DNA of 64,000 nucleotides from Acidobacteriota bacterium. Its GTDB lineage: Bacteria; Acidobacteriota; UBA6911; RPQK01; JAJDTT01. The notes beneath the pieces were generated by a model that saw only the letters and a list, made by a program, of their open reading frames with translations, made no database searches and was not told the DNA's origin. Of the stretch, positions 1 to 8,007 are shown piece after piece. Location of the stretch: NCBI GenBank assembly GCA_965263035.1, contig OZ253580.1, forward strand, positions 3,264,001 to 3,328,000, written 5' to 3'. The position numbers were made by a program, and so were the translations under genes. Position 1 is the first letter of the stretch. Each line of letters begins with the position of its first letter.

Positions 1-288
1 CTGAGGGATCGGCTCCGAGCACTCGAAACGGGCGCCGGGATCGAAATAGACACAGTTCTTGCATGTGTGCAGGTCGGTGGCGCACTTGGGACATTGGCTG
101 GTGGTGCCCACCTCCGAGAACGAGGGGGACAGGGTCCCTCCACACATGGAGCACCGGATCACTTGATGAAACTTGGTCATGCGGGGAGAGCGGGGTCCTT
201 CCCGCGACGGGCGTGGTCCGGACGACCTTCGCGGTCTTTCGCGCCGTTCCCGGTTTTCTTCGTAGCCGTGCTGGCGGTATTTCCTCAT
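1..288 (-). CDS. Cys-rich hypothetical protein, probable zinc-binding (3' end runs off the window)
   Basis: Not in the ORF track. Manual translation from ATG 288 gives MRKYRQHGYEENRERRERPRRSSGPRPSREGPRSPRMTKFHQVIRCSMCGG...CPKCATDLHTCKNCVYFDPGARFECSEPIPQ, open to base 1. AGGAG RBS just upstream; three CxxC pairs. Confidence 0.8.
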   Translation of the reverse strand, partial: MRKYRQHGYEENRERRERPRRSSGPRPSREGPRSPRMTKFHQVIRCSMCGGTLSPSFSEVGTTSQCPKCATDLHTCKNCVYFDPGARFECSEPIPQ

Positions 289-524
289 CGTTGCGCTCCT
301 GCCGAAAATTCGGACCGGTATCGGAGAATCAGACGATCCGTGAGATCGATCTAGTTGAGTTGGAGGCGGCCGGCGGTTACATTGTCCCCGTCCGGTAGCA
401 TCCTGACTCGGTTCAGCTCGTCGGGCCGCCGAGAAATGAAATCGGGCCGGGAGCCCGGAAGCCGACGGGAACGACGTCAGTGAGTCTTTGAAACACCTTG
501 GAACAAACGGTGGCCGCCACTCCC

Positions 525-779
525 ATGGACCCTGTGCAGATCAGATTCTACACGCGTAAGGGCTGCCACCTCTGCAAGAAAACTCTGACAGTATTGCAGG
601 AACTTCAGAATGAGTTCAAGTTCCGCGTGCAGCTCGTCGACATCGATGGTTCCCCGCATCTCCTTGCGGCGTACGGACATGACATTCCGGTCGGTGAGTT
701 GGAGGGACGGGAAATTTTCAGGCATCGGATCGACAAGCACGCCATGAGGGAAATCTTGCGGGGGAGACTCAAGAGCTGA
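525..779 (+). CDS. Glutaredoxin-like protein (DUF836 type)
   Basis: YTRKGCHLC (CxxC) and YGHDIPV motifs. Start is ATG 525 or TTG 498. Confidence 0.85.
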   Translation: MDPVQIRFYTRKGCHLCKKTLTVLQELQNEFKFRVQLVDIDGSPHLLAAYGHDIPVGELEGREIFRHRIDKHAMREILRGRLKS

Positions 780-813
780 AGACGAACCCGATGCGGTCGA
801 GCACCCTATCGTT

Positions 814-1359
814 ATGAAGATCTATACGGGCGGAGGGGACGGCGGGCGGACGTCTCTGTTCAGCGGTGAACGCGTCGGCAAGGACGCTCGAAGGGTGGAG
901 ACCTACGGAACCCTCGATGAACTCAACTCTCTGTTGGGTTGGGCTCGGACGCAGACACGGTGCCCCGAAATCTCGGAGATCCTGACGGCTTTGCAGTCGG
1001 AACTCTTCGAGGCCGGCGCGGACCTGGCGACGGTGGGCAGCCGCCGCCGGGTTCGCCGTCTGGGCGAGAATGACTGGGGAAGGCTGGAGTCCCTGATCGA
1101 CGAACTGGACGGAAAGCTGCCGCCGCTGAGGAACTTCGTTCTCCCCGGCGGTTCCGCCGCAGCCTCGGTCATCCATATGGCGCGATCGGTCTGCCGGAGG
1201 GGAGAGCGTCTGCTGGTTCGCCTGATGCGGGCTGAACCGAACGTCAACGAACACCTTCTGGTATACCTGAACCGGCTGTCGGATCTGCTCTTCGTGCTGG
1301 CGCGCTACGAGAACTTCCGGGCGGGAGCGGAAGAAACTCCTTGGAGACCGAGAAATTGA
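814..1359 (+). CDS. pduO: ATP:cob(I)alamin adenosyltransferase, PduO type
   Basis: MKIYTGGGDGGRTSL, YGTLDELNS, FVLPGG, RSVCRRGER and YLNRLSDLLF signatures. Confidence 0.95.
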   Translation: MKIYTGGGDGGRTSLFSGERVGKDARRVETYGTLDELNSLLGWARTQTRCPEISEILTALQSELFEAGADLATVGSRRRVRRLGENDWGRLESLIDELDGKLPPLRNFVLPGGSAAASVIHMARSVCRRGERLLVRLMRAEPNVNEHLLVYLNRLSDLLFVLARYENFRAGAEETPWRPRN

Positions 1360-2117
1360 GGATATTGGACTCTGAATGTCCCGATTGCCGCGGTACGGGC
1401 TGGTCCCTCATGGTGAGAGACGGGACCGAGGCCGTGGTTTCCTGTCCTCGCTGCGGAGCCGAAGATCGCGTGGATCAGCTGTTTCGGCGAGCGAGGATCC
1501 CCGACCGCTATATAACCAAGGATTTCCGCGCCTACAATCCCGATCCCAAATATCCCTCCCAGACGGAGGCGGTCACGAGTTCCATCCAATTCGTGGAATC
1601 CTTTCCGGAGGTTCCCCGCGGTCTCCTCTTCAGCGGGCCTTGCGGCGTCGGCAAGACGCACTTGGCCGTCGCCGTCCTCAAGGACTTGGTCCTGGAGAAG
1701 CAGGTCAGCGTCCGTTTCGTGGACGAGACCGAACTCCTCCGCAGACTCCAGTACTCCTTCGGACCGGATTCCCCCGAAACCGAGAGGGAAGTGCTGCGGC
1801 CTCTCTATTCCGCGGAGCTTCTGGTCTGGGACGATCTGGGCGCCGGACGTCCGACGGAGTGGGTTGCAGAAACCATCCGGACCATTCTGAACTTCCGTTA
1901 CACTCGCCAGAAACAGATCGTGCTCACCACGAACCTGCCCCTGAAGCCTGCCGGGAGCGGTTACGCCGAGAAACTGGGAAGGGAGCAGAATCTGGCCGAG
2001 AGGATCGGTGCCCCGCTCTACTCCCGGATCATGGAGATGTGCCAGGTCGTCGAAATGGACGGTCGCGACTTTCGGAGGCAGGTTTACAAAGCGAGTCTGG
2101 ACGCCCAGCAGGTATAG
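1341..2117 (+). CDS. DnaC/IstB-like AAA+ ATPase with N-terminal Zn finger
   Basis: CPDC/CPRC, Walker A GPCGVGKT, Walker B LLVWDDLG, TTN and SRIMEM. True start may be TTG 1365. Confidence 0.9.
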   Translation: METEKLRILDSECPDCRGTGWSLMVRDGTEAVVSCPRCGAEDRVDQLFRRARIPDRYITKDFRAYNPDPKYPSQTEAVTSSIQFVESFPEVPRGLLFSGPCGVGKTHLAVAVLKDLVLEKQVSVRFVDETELLRRLQYSFGPDSPETEREVLRPLYSAELLVWDDLGAGRPTEWVAETIRTILNFRYTRQKQIVLTTNLPLKPAGSGYAEKLGREQNLAERIGAPLYSRIMEMCQVVEMDGRDFRRQVYKASLDAQQV

Positions 2118-2276
2118 CAGCCCGTGGCAAAAGCCGTCACGGCATTCGACCGTCCCTGCATCGTGCGCGGACTGTGTTGCGATTCGGTCACATACTCCCG
2201 GTATGCTCCCTCACCGCGCCTGGTCCGGCGGGCGCAGGAACGGTCTCGGTGCTCGCGGGACTTTCACCACGGACTG
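2118..2276. mobile_element. MITE-like hairpin element family A, intact copy 1 (159 bp)
   Basis: Imperfect TIRs CAGCCCGTGGCAAAAG / CTTTCACCACGGACTG, flanked by ATAG (the TAG stop of the upstream gene) and CTAG. Near-identical inverted copy at 48090-48248. Confidence 0.9.
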
Positions 2277-2354
2277 CTAGCGAGCCGGGAGCGAGTTTCC
2301 ACCGAAGTCCCGATCCGATACTGCGGCTGGATTCATCGTAGATTCACATCAGAC

Positions 2355-2363
2355 TGCTAAAAT
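2355..2363 (+). promoter_or_regulatory. Extended -10 element (TGCTAAAAT), probable leaderless transcript
   Basis: TGnTAAAAT ends 6 nt before ATG 2370; no SD sequence. Confidence 0.6.
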
Positions 2364-2369
2364 CGCGCC

Positions 2370-3656
2370 ATGGCAAGACTATTTCCCTTTCGAGGCTACC
2401 GTTACGATTCGCAGCTGGTCCCGCGGTTGGACGACGTCGTGACCCAACCCTACGACAAGATTTCTCCCGGCATGCTTCGGAGATATCTGCGGAAGGACCC
2501 CCGGAACATCGCCAGGGTCATCAAGAATACGGACTACGCCGATGCGGCGCGGCATCTCACCGATTGGATCGAGTCGGGGGTCCTGCGGCGCGACGGGGTT
2601 CCGTCGTTCTACCCCTATCGGCAGGTCTTCGAGATCCAGGGACAATCCCACGCTCGACTGGGTTTCATCGGCTTGATCTCTCTGGACGAGGCGGACCTGG
2701 CCGTTCGGGGCCACGAAAGGGTGCTTCGCGGACCACTCCAGGACCGTCTCAACCTGATTCGCCACACCGAGTCCAACGAGGGGCTCATTTTCATGCTCTA
2801 TTCGGACCCCGGCTTGTCCGTGGACCGGTTGCTCGCCCGATTCACCGAGTCCACCGAACCTGTGATCCAGGTCCAGGACGAGTACGGCGTGCATCACCAG
2901 TTGTGGCAACTTACGCAGTCGAACCTCCAGGCAGAGGTCACCGCCGGGCTCATGAGTAACCGGCTCTACATCGCCGACGGTCATCACCGTTTCCAGACCT
3001 CGGTCGAGTACCGCAACGAGTGTCTCGCCCAAGGCTGGCGAACCTCGGGTCCGGAGAGCTTCGACAAGCGAATGATCGGGCTCTTCAACATGGAGAGTCC
3101 CGGACTCAAGGTCCTGGCGACGCATCGCGGAATCAAGAACGTGGACGAATCCCGGATCGGGCGCCTCCCGGCCGGTCTGGAGCCATTTTTCCAGGTGGAA
3201 AGCGTTGCCCGCGCGGAAGACCTGACCTCGCTCCTGGCGGGAGAAGGCCAAACCATGGGTCTTGTCTTCGGTGGTACGGGGCAGTCCTGTCTGCTCCGGC
3301 TCCGGGAACGAGCCCCTTCCGACCCGTCCTTCATGACAACCATTCAGGGACCGGCTCGTTCATTGGACGTGAACATTCTGCATGAAGGCATTCTCAACCC
3401 GCTTCTTGGGATCGGCGCCGAGGAACTCTCCAGCCAGAACTTCGTCGAATATTTCCGGGCTCCTGGGGAGCTGATCTCAAAGGTCAAAAAGGGCGAGCTT
3501 CAGGCCGGTTTTCTGTTGAATGCAACTCGCTTGGGACAGGTCAGGGAAATTTCCGATCTGAGCCAGAAAATGCCTCAGAAGTCCACCGATTTCTATCCCA
3601 AGCTCCTGACCGGACTGGTTCTGATGAAGATGGAGATGGCGAGAGGTCCGGAGTAG
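2370..3656 (+). CDS. DUF1015 family protein
   Basis: PFRGYRY, PYDKI, HERVL, YIADGHHR and MPQKSTDFYPKLLTG motifs. Confidence 0.92.
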   Translation: MARLFPFRGYRYDSQLVPRLDDVVTQPYDKISPGMLRRYLRKDPRNIARVIKNTDYADAARHLTDWIESGVLRRDGVPSFYPYRQVFEIQGQSHARLGFIGLISLDEADLAVRGHERVLRGPLQDRLNLIRHTESNEGLIFMLYSDPGLSVDRLLARFTESTEPVIQVQDEYGVHHQLWQLTQSNLQAEVTAGLMSNRLYIADGHHRFQTSVEYRNECLAQGWRTSGPESFDKRMIGLFNMESPGLKVLATHRGIKNVDESRIGRLPAGLEPFFQVESVARAEDLTSLLAGEGQTMGLVFGGTGQSCLLRLRERAPSDPSFMTTIQGPARSLDVNILHEGILNPLLGIGAEELSSQNFVEYFRAPGELISKVKKGELQAGFLLNATRLGQVREISDLSQKMPQKSTDFYPKLLTGLVLMKMEMARGPE

Positions 3657-3707
3657 CTCGACTCCGGTTCCGCGATGGGCCGGAAACGCATTCGGGCAAG
3701 GCTCCAG

Positions 3708-3866
3708 GAGTCTGCGCGGTAGAAATGATCGTAGCGAGAAAGTGGGGAATCGAGGCCGGATTTTCTCGATTTGGAGGTGCATAGTTGTTCTATTCGCCGA
3801 GAAATCGGGGGAATCTGGACCGATTCTACCGCTTTCGCAGTAGATCAATTTCTGCGGCGCAGGCTC
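3708..3866. mobile_element. MITE-like hairpin element family B, intact copy 1 (159 bp)
   Basis: TIRs GAGTCTGCGC / GCGCAGGCTC, flanked by CCAG and CTAG. Further copies at 35991-36149 and 48253-48411. Confidence 0.9.
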
Positions 3867-3894
3867 CTAGGCCGCATTTCCCGCCGGGGACGCC

Positions 3895-4656
3895 ATGATC
3901 GAATCCGAATTGGTCCGGCGCCTATCCATCGTCCTGGTCGGGACCCGAAGCCCCGGCAACATCGGTTCGGCGGCGCGCGCCATGGTCAACATGGGCCTCC
4001 GCCGTCTCAAACTGGTCCGCCCGGTGGCGGAGTGGAGGGAGGAGGCCGTGAAAATGGCCTCGGGAGCCCTGGATCGGATGGACCCGGTCCAGGTCCATAC
4101 CTCATTCGATGAGTCGGTGGCCGAAGCGCAGATTCTGGTGGGAACCACCTCCGGCAGGGAGAGACGAACCCATCATCCCGTGTACACACCGCGCCAGATC
4201 GCCCCGCTTCTGAAGCGGTATGCCCGAACCCAGGAGGTGGCGCTGCTCTTCGGTCCCGAGAACCGGGGACTCACCGACCGTCAGCTTTCCCGATGCCGAT
4301 ACCTGGCGACGGTGCCTTCGAACGACGCCTTTCCGGTGTTGAATCTGGCTCAGACCGTCATGGTTCTCGCGTACGAGATCAACACCTGTGAGGAAGCAGA
4401 ACGTGAAGTCCAACCCGACCTGGTGACACACGACCAACGGGAACGGCTGTTCCGGCAAATGGAGCGAGTTCTGATCCGTATCGGGTTCCTGAGTTCGTCG
4501 AATCCGGACCACATCATGAAGGCCATTCGCAGGTTCCTGGGGCGCGCGGACCTGTCCGAACGGGATGTCCGAATCCTGAGAGGCATCTTCAGCCAAGGGG
4601 AATGGCACGCTCGGCACGGGGACCGGCTTCCACCCGATCAGGTGCGCAAACCGTGA
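3895..4656 (+). CDS. trmJ: tRNA/rRNA 2'-O-methyltransferase, TrmJ/LasT (SPOUT) family
   Basis: PGNIGSAARAMVNMG, LLFGPENRGL, LNLAQTVMVLAYE and a C-terminal helical domain. Confidence 0.9.
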   Translation: MIESELVRRLSIVLVGTRSPGNIGSAARAMVNMGLRRLKLVRPVAEWREEAVKMASGALDRMDPVQVHTSFDESVAEAQILVGTTSGRERRTHHPVYTPRQIAPLLKRYARTQEVALLFGPENRGLTDRQLSRCRYLATVPSNDAFPVLNLAQTVMVLAYEINTCEEAEREVQPDLVTHDQRERLFRQMERVLIRIGFLSSSNPDHIMKAIRRFLGRADLSERDVRILRGIFSQGEWHARHGDRLPPDQVRKP

Positions 4657-4705
4657 CGGACTGTGATGAAAGGTGCGGGCCGAGGCCGGGCTGCTATGTC
4701 TGCCG

Positions 4706-5008
4706 CTACCGGGCCAGCTTGCTCTTGAATCTCTGGACCCGCCGCCGCAACTCGTGAAACGCATGGGTGATGCTGGTGGAAGGGTTGGTCGCCGTTTCAC
4801 GGACCCGAATGGCCGTCTGCGGAACCACCAATACCAACACCGTTTCGCACTGCCGGCCGCGCGGCAGCACCTCGACCACGACGTGAAGATCCAGATCGTG
4901 AGGCTTGAAGCTGGGAAGAAGCCTGCGGACCTTGGCGCTCTGTCTGCCGATCAGGCGCTGTAAGCTGGAGTCCAACCGCAGATGCCGACCCTGAACCTCA
5001 ATCTTCAT
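4706..5008 (-). CDS. hpf: Ribosome-associated HPF/RaiA family protein (short form)
   Basis: MKIEVQGRHLRL N-terminus, 100 aa. TATAAT at 5027-5022 upstream. Confidence 0.7.
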   Translation of the reverse strand: MKIEVQGRHLRLDSSLQRLIGRQSAKVRRLLPSFKPHDLDLHVVVEVLPRGRQCETVLVLVVPQTAIRVRETATNPSTSITHAFHELRRRVQRFKSKLAR

Positions 5009-5169
5009 TAATTCTTTACAAATTATAGTCTCGACGGTCGACGAGCATCAACTGACTTCTGAGAGCCGTCTACAGGGTTGTAACGGACGGCGGCCGAACT
5101 CCCGTGGCGACTCCTGATGCAGGCTGATAGACTCCGCTGCCCTGACCCCAACATCGATGGAGTGGTGAA

Positions 5170-7983
5170 ATGCGCAAGATGATGACGGCATTGGTGATCC
5201 TGACGGCTTTGATCCTGCCGGTTCCGGGCCGGGACGACTACAAGAGTTGGATCACCCACACCAGTTTCGAGGACTTTGCCTCGGGCCGGATCGCCGACGG
5301 CGGGACCAATCTCTACATCGCCCGTTCGGGACAATTGGAGATGACCTACCGTTGGGACCTGAACAACGACGGCTACCTGGATCTCTTGGTGATCCAGGAC
5401 CACAATCCCTTGGAAAACACCGACGTCCTGGTCTATTGGGGCAAGAAGGGGGGGCCGGAATCGATACTGCCCCCGTTGCCCGGCCATCAGCCGCTGGCCC
5501 GGCTGTTGAGACAGATCCGGATTCGCGACCAGGGGGTCACCCGTTTGCCCAGTGACGGCGGCGGCCGTTCCCTGGTGGCGGACCTGAATCACGACGGCTA
5601 TCCGGAGCTGATCTTCTGCAACTTCATTCACAACTACTCGGTTCACATGATGGCGCTCGTCTATTGGGGCAGCCCGAACGGCTACCAACGGGGCCATCGC
5701 ACCGAGCTTCCCACGCTTCTGGCCGGGGGGGTGGCGGCGGCGGACTTCAACGGAGACGGCTTTGTCGATCTCGCCTTCTCCAACCGGGGCATCGAAGGGG
5801 GTGAGCGTTTCGGGTTCGACCTCCACCTGGAGTCCTACGTCTACTGGAACGGTCCCCGGGGTTTTCGGGAAGAGGACCGCACCGCACTGGCCACCACCAG
5901 CGCGGCTGACGTGGCGGCGGCGGACCTCAACCATGACGGCTACGGCGATCTCCTCTTCGCCAACAACAATTCGGAGCACCAGAGCCTTGTCCTGTACCGG
6001 GGCGGGCCGAAGGGTTTCCAGACGCCGGGCGAAACGTGGAAGCAAGGAGACGCCATCGGGGTGACACTGGCGGAAGTGTCCGGGGACCGGGATCCGGATC
6101 TGATCCTGGCGCACAAGGACGACCGGGTGACGATTCACAAGGGAACCGGGCAGGGGATCTCCCGGGAGACCTGGGTCGAGATCCCCTCCCAGGGGGCGAA
6201 GGACAGCCGAGTGGGAGACCTGAACCGGGACGGGCGCCCCGACCTGATTCTGGCTAACGGCGGAGGTGAGACGTCCTATATTTACTGGGGAGGCGAAGAT
6301 GGTTACTCCTCCGGCAGACGCCAGGAACTTCCCACGCTGGCCGCCACCGACGCCGTGTTGGCCGATTACAACGGGGACGGTTGGGTCGACCTGGCCTTTT
6401 CCAACAGCCACGACGGGGCGACCCGCGATGTAGCCTCCTACCTCTACTGGAACGGTCCCGATGGATTCCACGCCGCCTACCGCCGGGAGCTCCAGAGCTT
6501 CGGAGCCGTGAGCCTGGCCGCCGGCGACCTGGACCAGGACGGACACCAGGACCTGGCCGTCATCAACCAGAACAGCGGGTCCCACGGCGCCATCGACTCG
6601 GTGGTCTATTGGGGGAACCCCAGACACCACTACTCTCCTGCCTCCGCAAGCGTCATTCCCGCCAAGGGGGGGTTGGCGACGACGGCCGACCTGGACCAGG
6701 ATGGCTGGGTCGATCTCATCTTTCCGGACGGCTCCATCTTCGGCGGCGGCTCCAGTGGCTTCCGGTTGCAGACGAAGCTGGAAATGGAGCCGGCCAACGG
6801 AGTCACCGTCGGCGATCTGAACCGGGACGGCTACCTGGACCTGACCTATATCGTCGGAGGTGCCCATCGGGACTTGACCCCGACGGCTCGAATTCTCTGG
6901 GGCGGCGAGAACGGCCACGATCCGTCGCGCCGCACCGATCTGCGGCTGGGAATCCGCATCGGGCAGGCGGGCCGGACCGCCGATTTCAACCAGGATGGAG
7001 CCCTGGATCTCGTCTTCACCGACGTGGATTCGGAACACGTCGATCTCTTCTGGGGGAGCCTCGAGTCCGGGTTCAGCCAAGAGAATCATACGGTCTTGAA
7101 GATTCAACCCACCTCCAACCCCGAGATCGCCGATCTGAACGGCGACGGCTGGCTGGATCTGATCTTCGGAGGGGGTTGGGACCCCAAGCGGTTCGGACGC
7201 CCCACCCGGAAAGCCATCCTGGTCTGGGGTAGCCGGGACGGATTCAGCTCGGACCGGACCACCGAAATCGAGGCTTTCGATTCACTGGAGCAGGCAGTCG
7301 CGGACCTGAACCGGGATGGGTATCTGGACATCGTCATGACCAACTATCACGCCTACCACACCCGGACCCTGCCCGCCTTCATTTACTGGGGCGGGGAGGG
7401 GGGCTCCTACAGCGAGTCTCGCCGGACCAGCCTGCCGGCGGAATCCTCCAGCGCCTTGACCGTAGCCGATATGAATCAGGACTCGTGGCTGGATCTGGTG
7501 GTCTTCAACCACTTGGAGAGGGGGGACCACTCGGTCGGCAGCAACATCTATTGGGGAGGAGCGGACGGTTACTCCTACACCCGGCGGCATTGGTTCCAGA
7601 CCTTCGGGCCTCACTTCGGGCGGCTCCGGGACATCGGGAACATCTACGATCGGCAGCTACGGGAGGAGTACGTGTCGGCGATTCTGGAGGTGCCGTCCGG
7701 CAAGAGCGCCGAGCGGCTCCGGTGGAAGGCCCTGACCCCCCATGGGACGGGCGTCCAGTTCCAGGTTCGCAGCGCATCGTCCAAGGCGGCTGTGGAATCG
7801 AGTCCGTGGAGGGGACCGGAGGGACCCGGCAGCTACTTCCGAGAATCGGGAACGGCGTTGCGGCTGCCCCCGGGAGAGGCCTGGCTCCAGTATCGAGCGA
7901 TTCTGACGACTCCCGACGGCGGCAGCACGCCGGTGCTTCAGGAGGTCGCCATCGACGTCAGGCGTCGGAGCGCGGTGGAATGA
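5170..7983 (+). CDS. Secreted FG-GAP/VCBS repeat beta-propeller protein
   Basis: Signal peptide; about 14 DxNxDGxxD-type Ca-binding repeats, most followed by Y/LWG-like motifs. Confidence 0.9.
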   Translation: MRKMMTALVILTALILPVPGRDDYKSWITHTSFEDFASGRIADGGTNLYIARSGQLEMTYRWDLNNDGYLDLLVIQDHNPLENTDVLVYWGKKGGPESILPPLPGHQPLARLLRQIRIRDQGVTRLPSDGGGRSLVADLNHDGYPELIFCNFIHNYSVHMMALVYWGSPNGYQRGHRTELPTLLAGGVAAADFNGDGFVDLAFSNRGIEGGERFGFDLHLESYVYWNGPRGFREEDRTALATTSAADVAAADLNHDGYGDLLFANNNSEHQSLVLYRGGPKGFQTPGETWKQGDAIGVTLAEVSGDRDPDLILAHKDDRVTIHKGTGQGISRETWVEIPSQGAKDSRVGDLNRDGRPDLILANGGGETSYIYWGGEDGYSSGRRQELPTLAATDAVLADYNGDGWVDLAFSNSHDGATRDVASYLYWNGPDGFHAAYRRELQSFGAVSLAAGDLDQDGHQDLAVINQNSGSHGAIDSVVYWGNPRHHYSPASASVIPAKGGLATTADLDQDGWVDLIFPDGSIFGGGSSGFRLQTKLEMEPANGVTVGDLNRDGYLDLTYIVGGAHRDLTPTARILWGGENGHDPSRRTDLRLGIRIGQAGRTADFNQDGALDLVFTDVDSEHVDLFWGSLESGFSQENHTVLKIQPTSNPEIADLNGDGWLDLIFGGGWDPKRFGRPTRKAILVWGSRDGFSSDRTTEIEAFDSLEQAVADLNRDGYLDIVMTNYHAYHTRTLPAFIYWGGEGGSYSESRRTSLPAESSSALTVADMNQDSWLDLVVFNHLERGDHSVGSNIYWGGADGYSYTRRHWFQTFGPHFGRLRDIGNIYDRQLREEYVSAILEVPSGKSAERLRWKALTPHGTGVQFQVRSASSKAAVESSPWRGPEGPGSYFRESGTALRLPPGEAWLQYRAILTTPDGGSTPVLQEVAIDVRRRSAVE

Positions 7984-8007
7984 GGTTCCCGAAAATCGAC
8001 CGGCGGA

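Noticed and set aside
1341-2117. IS21 element or prophage
   Set aside because: No istA, terminal repeats, integrase or phage genes nearby.
2124-2360. Repeated small 'proteins' MAKAVTAFDRPC... and MIYCESGRIGPD... (also 3477-3848, 47160-48242, 48175-48444)
   Set aside because: They are translations of the family A/B elements, with unrelated C-termini and no RBS.
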